64,000 bases of DNA, taken from NCBI GenBank assembly GCA_965651135.1, contig CBFGRJ010000001.1, positions 3,318-67,317 on the forward strand, given 5' to 3'. This document shows positions 62,880 through 64,000 of the stretch, piece after piece. Source of the stretch: an uncultured Myxococcales bacterium (GTDB lineage Bacteria > Myxococcota_A > Polyangia > Polyangiales > Polyangiaceae). The position numbers and the translations under genes were made by a program. The notes beneath the pieces are model-generated. The model was not told the DNA's origin. It saw nothing but the letters and a program-made list of their open reading frames with translations, and did no database searches. Position 1 is the first letter of the stretch, and the number at the start of each line of letters is the position of its first letter.

Positions 62880-63595
62880 GCCCGCGCCGCACGGCACGCG
62901 CAATGATGCTGGTCGAGCTTTTGATAGCCGTGGCCGTGCTCGCGATGATTTCGATGCTGATTTACAGCTCTTTCAGCGGCATGCGCACCAGTCGAGACGG
63001 CATTCAGCGTCTGAACGATCGCTACCGCGAGGGTCGGATCGCGCTTTCGCGCATCGCGCGCGAGCTGTCGAGCGCTTACCTTTCGGGCCACGAGCCCATC
63101 GATCCATCCCTGAAAGTGATTCAGACCGCGTTCATTTCCACCCAAGGGACGCCAGCGGATCGGATTGATTTCAACACGTTCGCGCACCGCCGGCTCGATC
63201 GCGACGCTCACGAGTCCGACCAGGCCGAGGTCTCGTACTTTGGCTCGCCCGATCCGGAGCAACCAGGCGTCATCGATCTGGCTCGCCGGGTAAGCCCCAT
63301 CCTCGATCTCGAACCCACCACCGGTGGACGCGTCGATGTGCTCGCCACCGACATCGACCTGTTCGATCTCGAGTTCCTCGATCCACTGACGGGCATGTGG
63401 GAGGACACCTGGGACACGACCTCGGCCATTGCCCAAGCCAATCGCCTGCCGCTGCAAGTGCGCATCATATTGGTTCTGAACGGCGGCCGCCGAAAGAAAG
63501 CGACTGGCGGTCAAGACACGATTCGACTGATAACCAAGGTTCCGCTGCAGATGCCGCTGCCGCTCACGTTCGCGACGCAAGGAGCACCAGGCTGA
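62876..63595 (+). CDS. gspJ: minor pseudopilin GspJ-like
   Basis: ATG 62876 (ATGA overlap with gspI). MSPRRTARA/MMLVELLIAVAVLAMIS has Glu+5. 239 aa. Assigned by position. Confidence 0.7.
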   Translation: MSPRRTARAMMLVELLIAVAVLAMISMLIYSSFSGMRTSRDGIQRLNDRYREGRIALSRIARELSSAYLSGHEPIDPSLKVIQTAFISTQGTPADRIDFNTFAHRRLDRDAHESDQAEVSYFGSPDPEQPGVIDLARRVSPILDLEPTTGGRVDVLATDIDLFDLEFLDPLTGMWEDTWDTTSAIAQANRLPLQVRIILVLNGGRRKKATGGQDTIRLITKVPLQMPLPLTFATQGAPG

Positions 63596-64000
63596 TGCGC
63601 AGAAGGCGGCGCGATCGTCGTGGGGTGGCGCTGATCATGGTGCTGGGCGCGCTCACCGTCTTGACCGTGATGTTGACCGAGTTTCAGAACGAAACCTCCG
63701 CGGAGTTGGGCTCGAGCATTGCCCAGCGGGACGCTTTGAAAGCGGAGTACGCAGCCAAAAGCGCCATCAATCTGTCTCGGCTGTTGATTGCCGCTGAGCC
63801 TACCATACGCAAACCCATCAGCTTCATGCTGCGCGGGGTCTCTCAGATCAAGGTTTGGGAATATGCCGGGCCGGTGCTGAGCGCCTTCAACGACGCCGAA
63901 AATAGCGATCAATTCAGCATGCTGGCCAGCGTCAATCTGGCAGAAGGCAAGAACCTGGGCATGGAGGGAGCCGGGTTCGAAGTCACCATCGTGGACGAGG
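63595..64000 (+). CDS. gspK: GspK-like pseudopilin (N-terminal 135 codons; continues past right edge)
   Basis: Not in the track because there is no stop in the window. ATG 63595 overlaps the gspJ stop (TGATG). MRRRRRDRRGVALIMVLGALTVLTVMLTEF has a hydrophobic N-terminus without Glu+5, as expected for GspK. Confidence 0.65.
   Translation, partial: MRRRRRDRRGVALIMVLGALTVLTVMLTEFQNETSAELGSSIAQRDALKAEYAAKSAINLSRLLIAAEPTIRKPISFMLRGVSQIKVWEYAGPVLSAFNDAENSDQFSMLASVNLAEGKNLGMEGAGFEVTIVDE

Overview
High-GC (by eye roughly 65%), almost gap-free coding segment of a bacterial chromosome. The gene content looks Myxococcota-like, which is inference only: eukaryote-like Ser/Thr kinases, many TPR proteins, lipoproteins with Ser/Thr/Gly linkers, a DUF1552/DUF1592-type pair, a sigma-54 enhancer-binding protein and a gspC-K cluster. 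I can support about 50 CDS, one tRNA-Leu(UAA) and a few candidate regulatory sites. I recognised no rRNA, CRISPR array, transposase, integrase, phage gene or classical defence/toxin system. Much of the window is housekeeping (coaBC, feoAB, thiD, efp, pdxJ, dnaX-recR, bioA). Five things deserve a second look. (1) One uninterrupted 11.3-kb ORF encodes a 3775-aa protein with no signal peptide, built almost entirely from about 35-40 copies of a TPR-like super-repeat. (2) A ketosynthase / PptT-like PPTase operon lies divergent from an HMG-CoA-synthase-like gene and is cut by the left edge. (3) A type II secretion locus (gspC-D-E-F-G'-G-H-I-J-K, cut by the right edge) follows a sigma-54 EBP gene and a promoter region with overlapping sigma-54 and sigma-70 signatures. 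It contains an extra GspG-fold protein with no prepilin signal. (4) A co-directional phospho-signalling array is led by a tail-anchored pseudokinase. (5) A 7TM sensor kinase appears to have its periplasmic domain supplied by a separate lipoprotein gene. The ORF track renders GTG/TTG starts as M, and several track ORFs are 5-prime over-extended. Many long track ORFs are antisense shadows typical of high-GC DNA and were rejected. All family assignments come from motifs read by eye; no database search was run.
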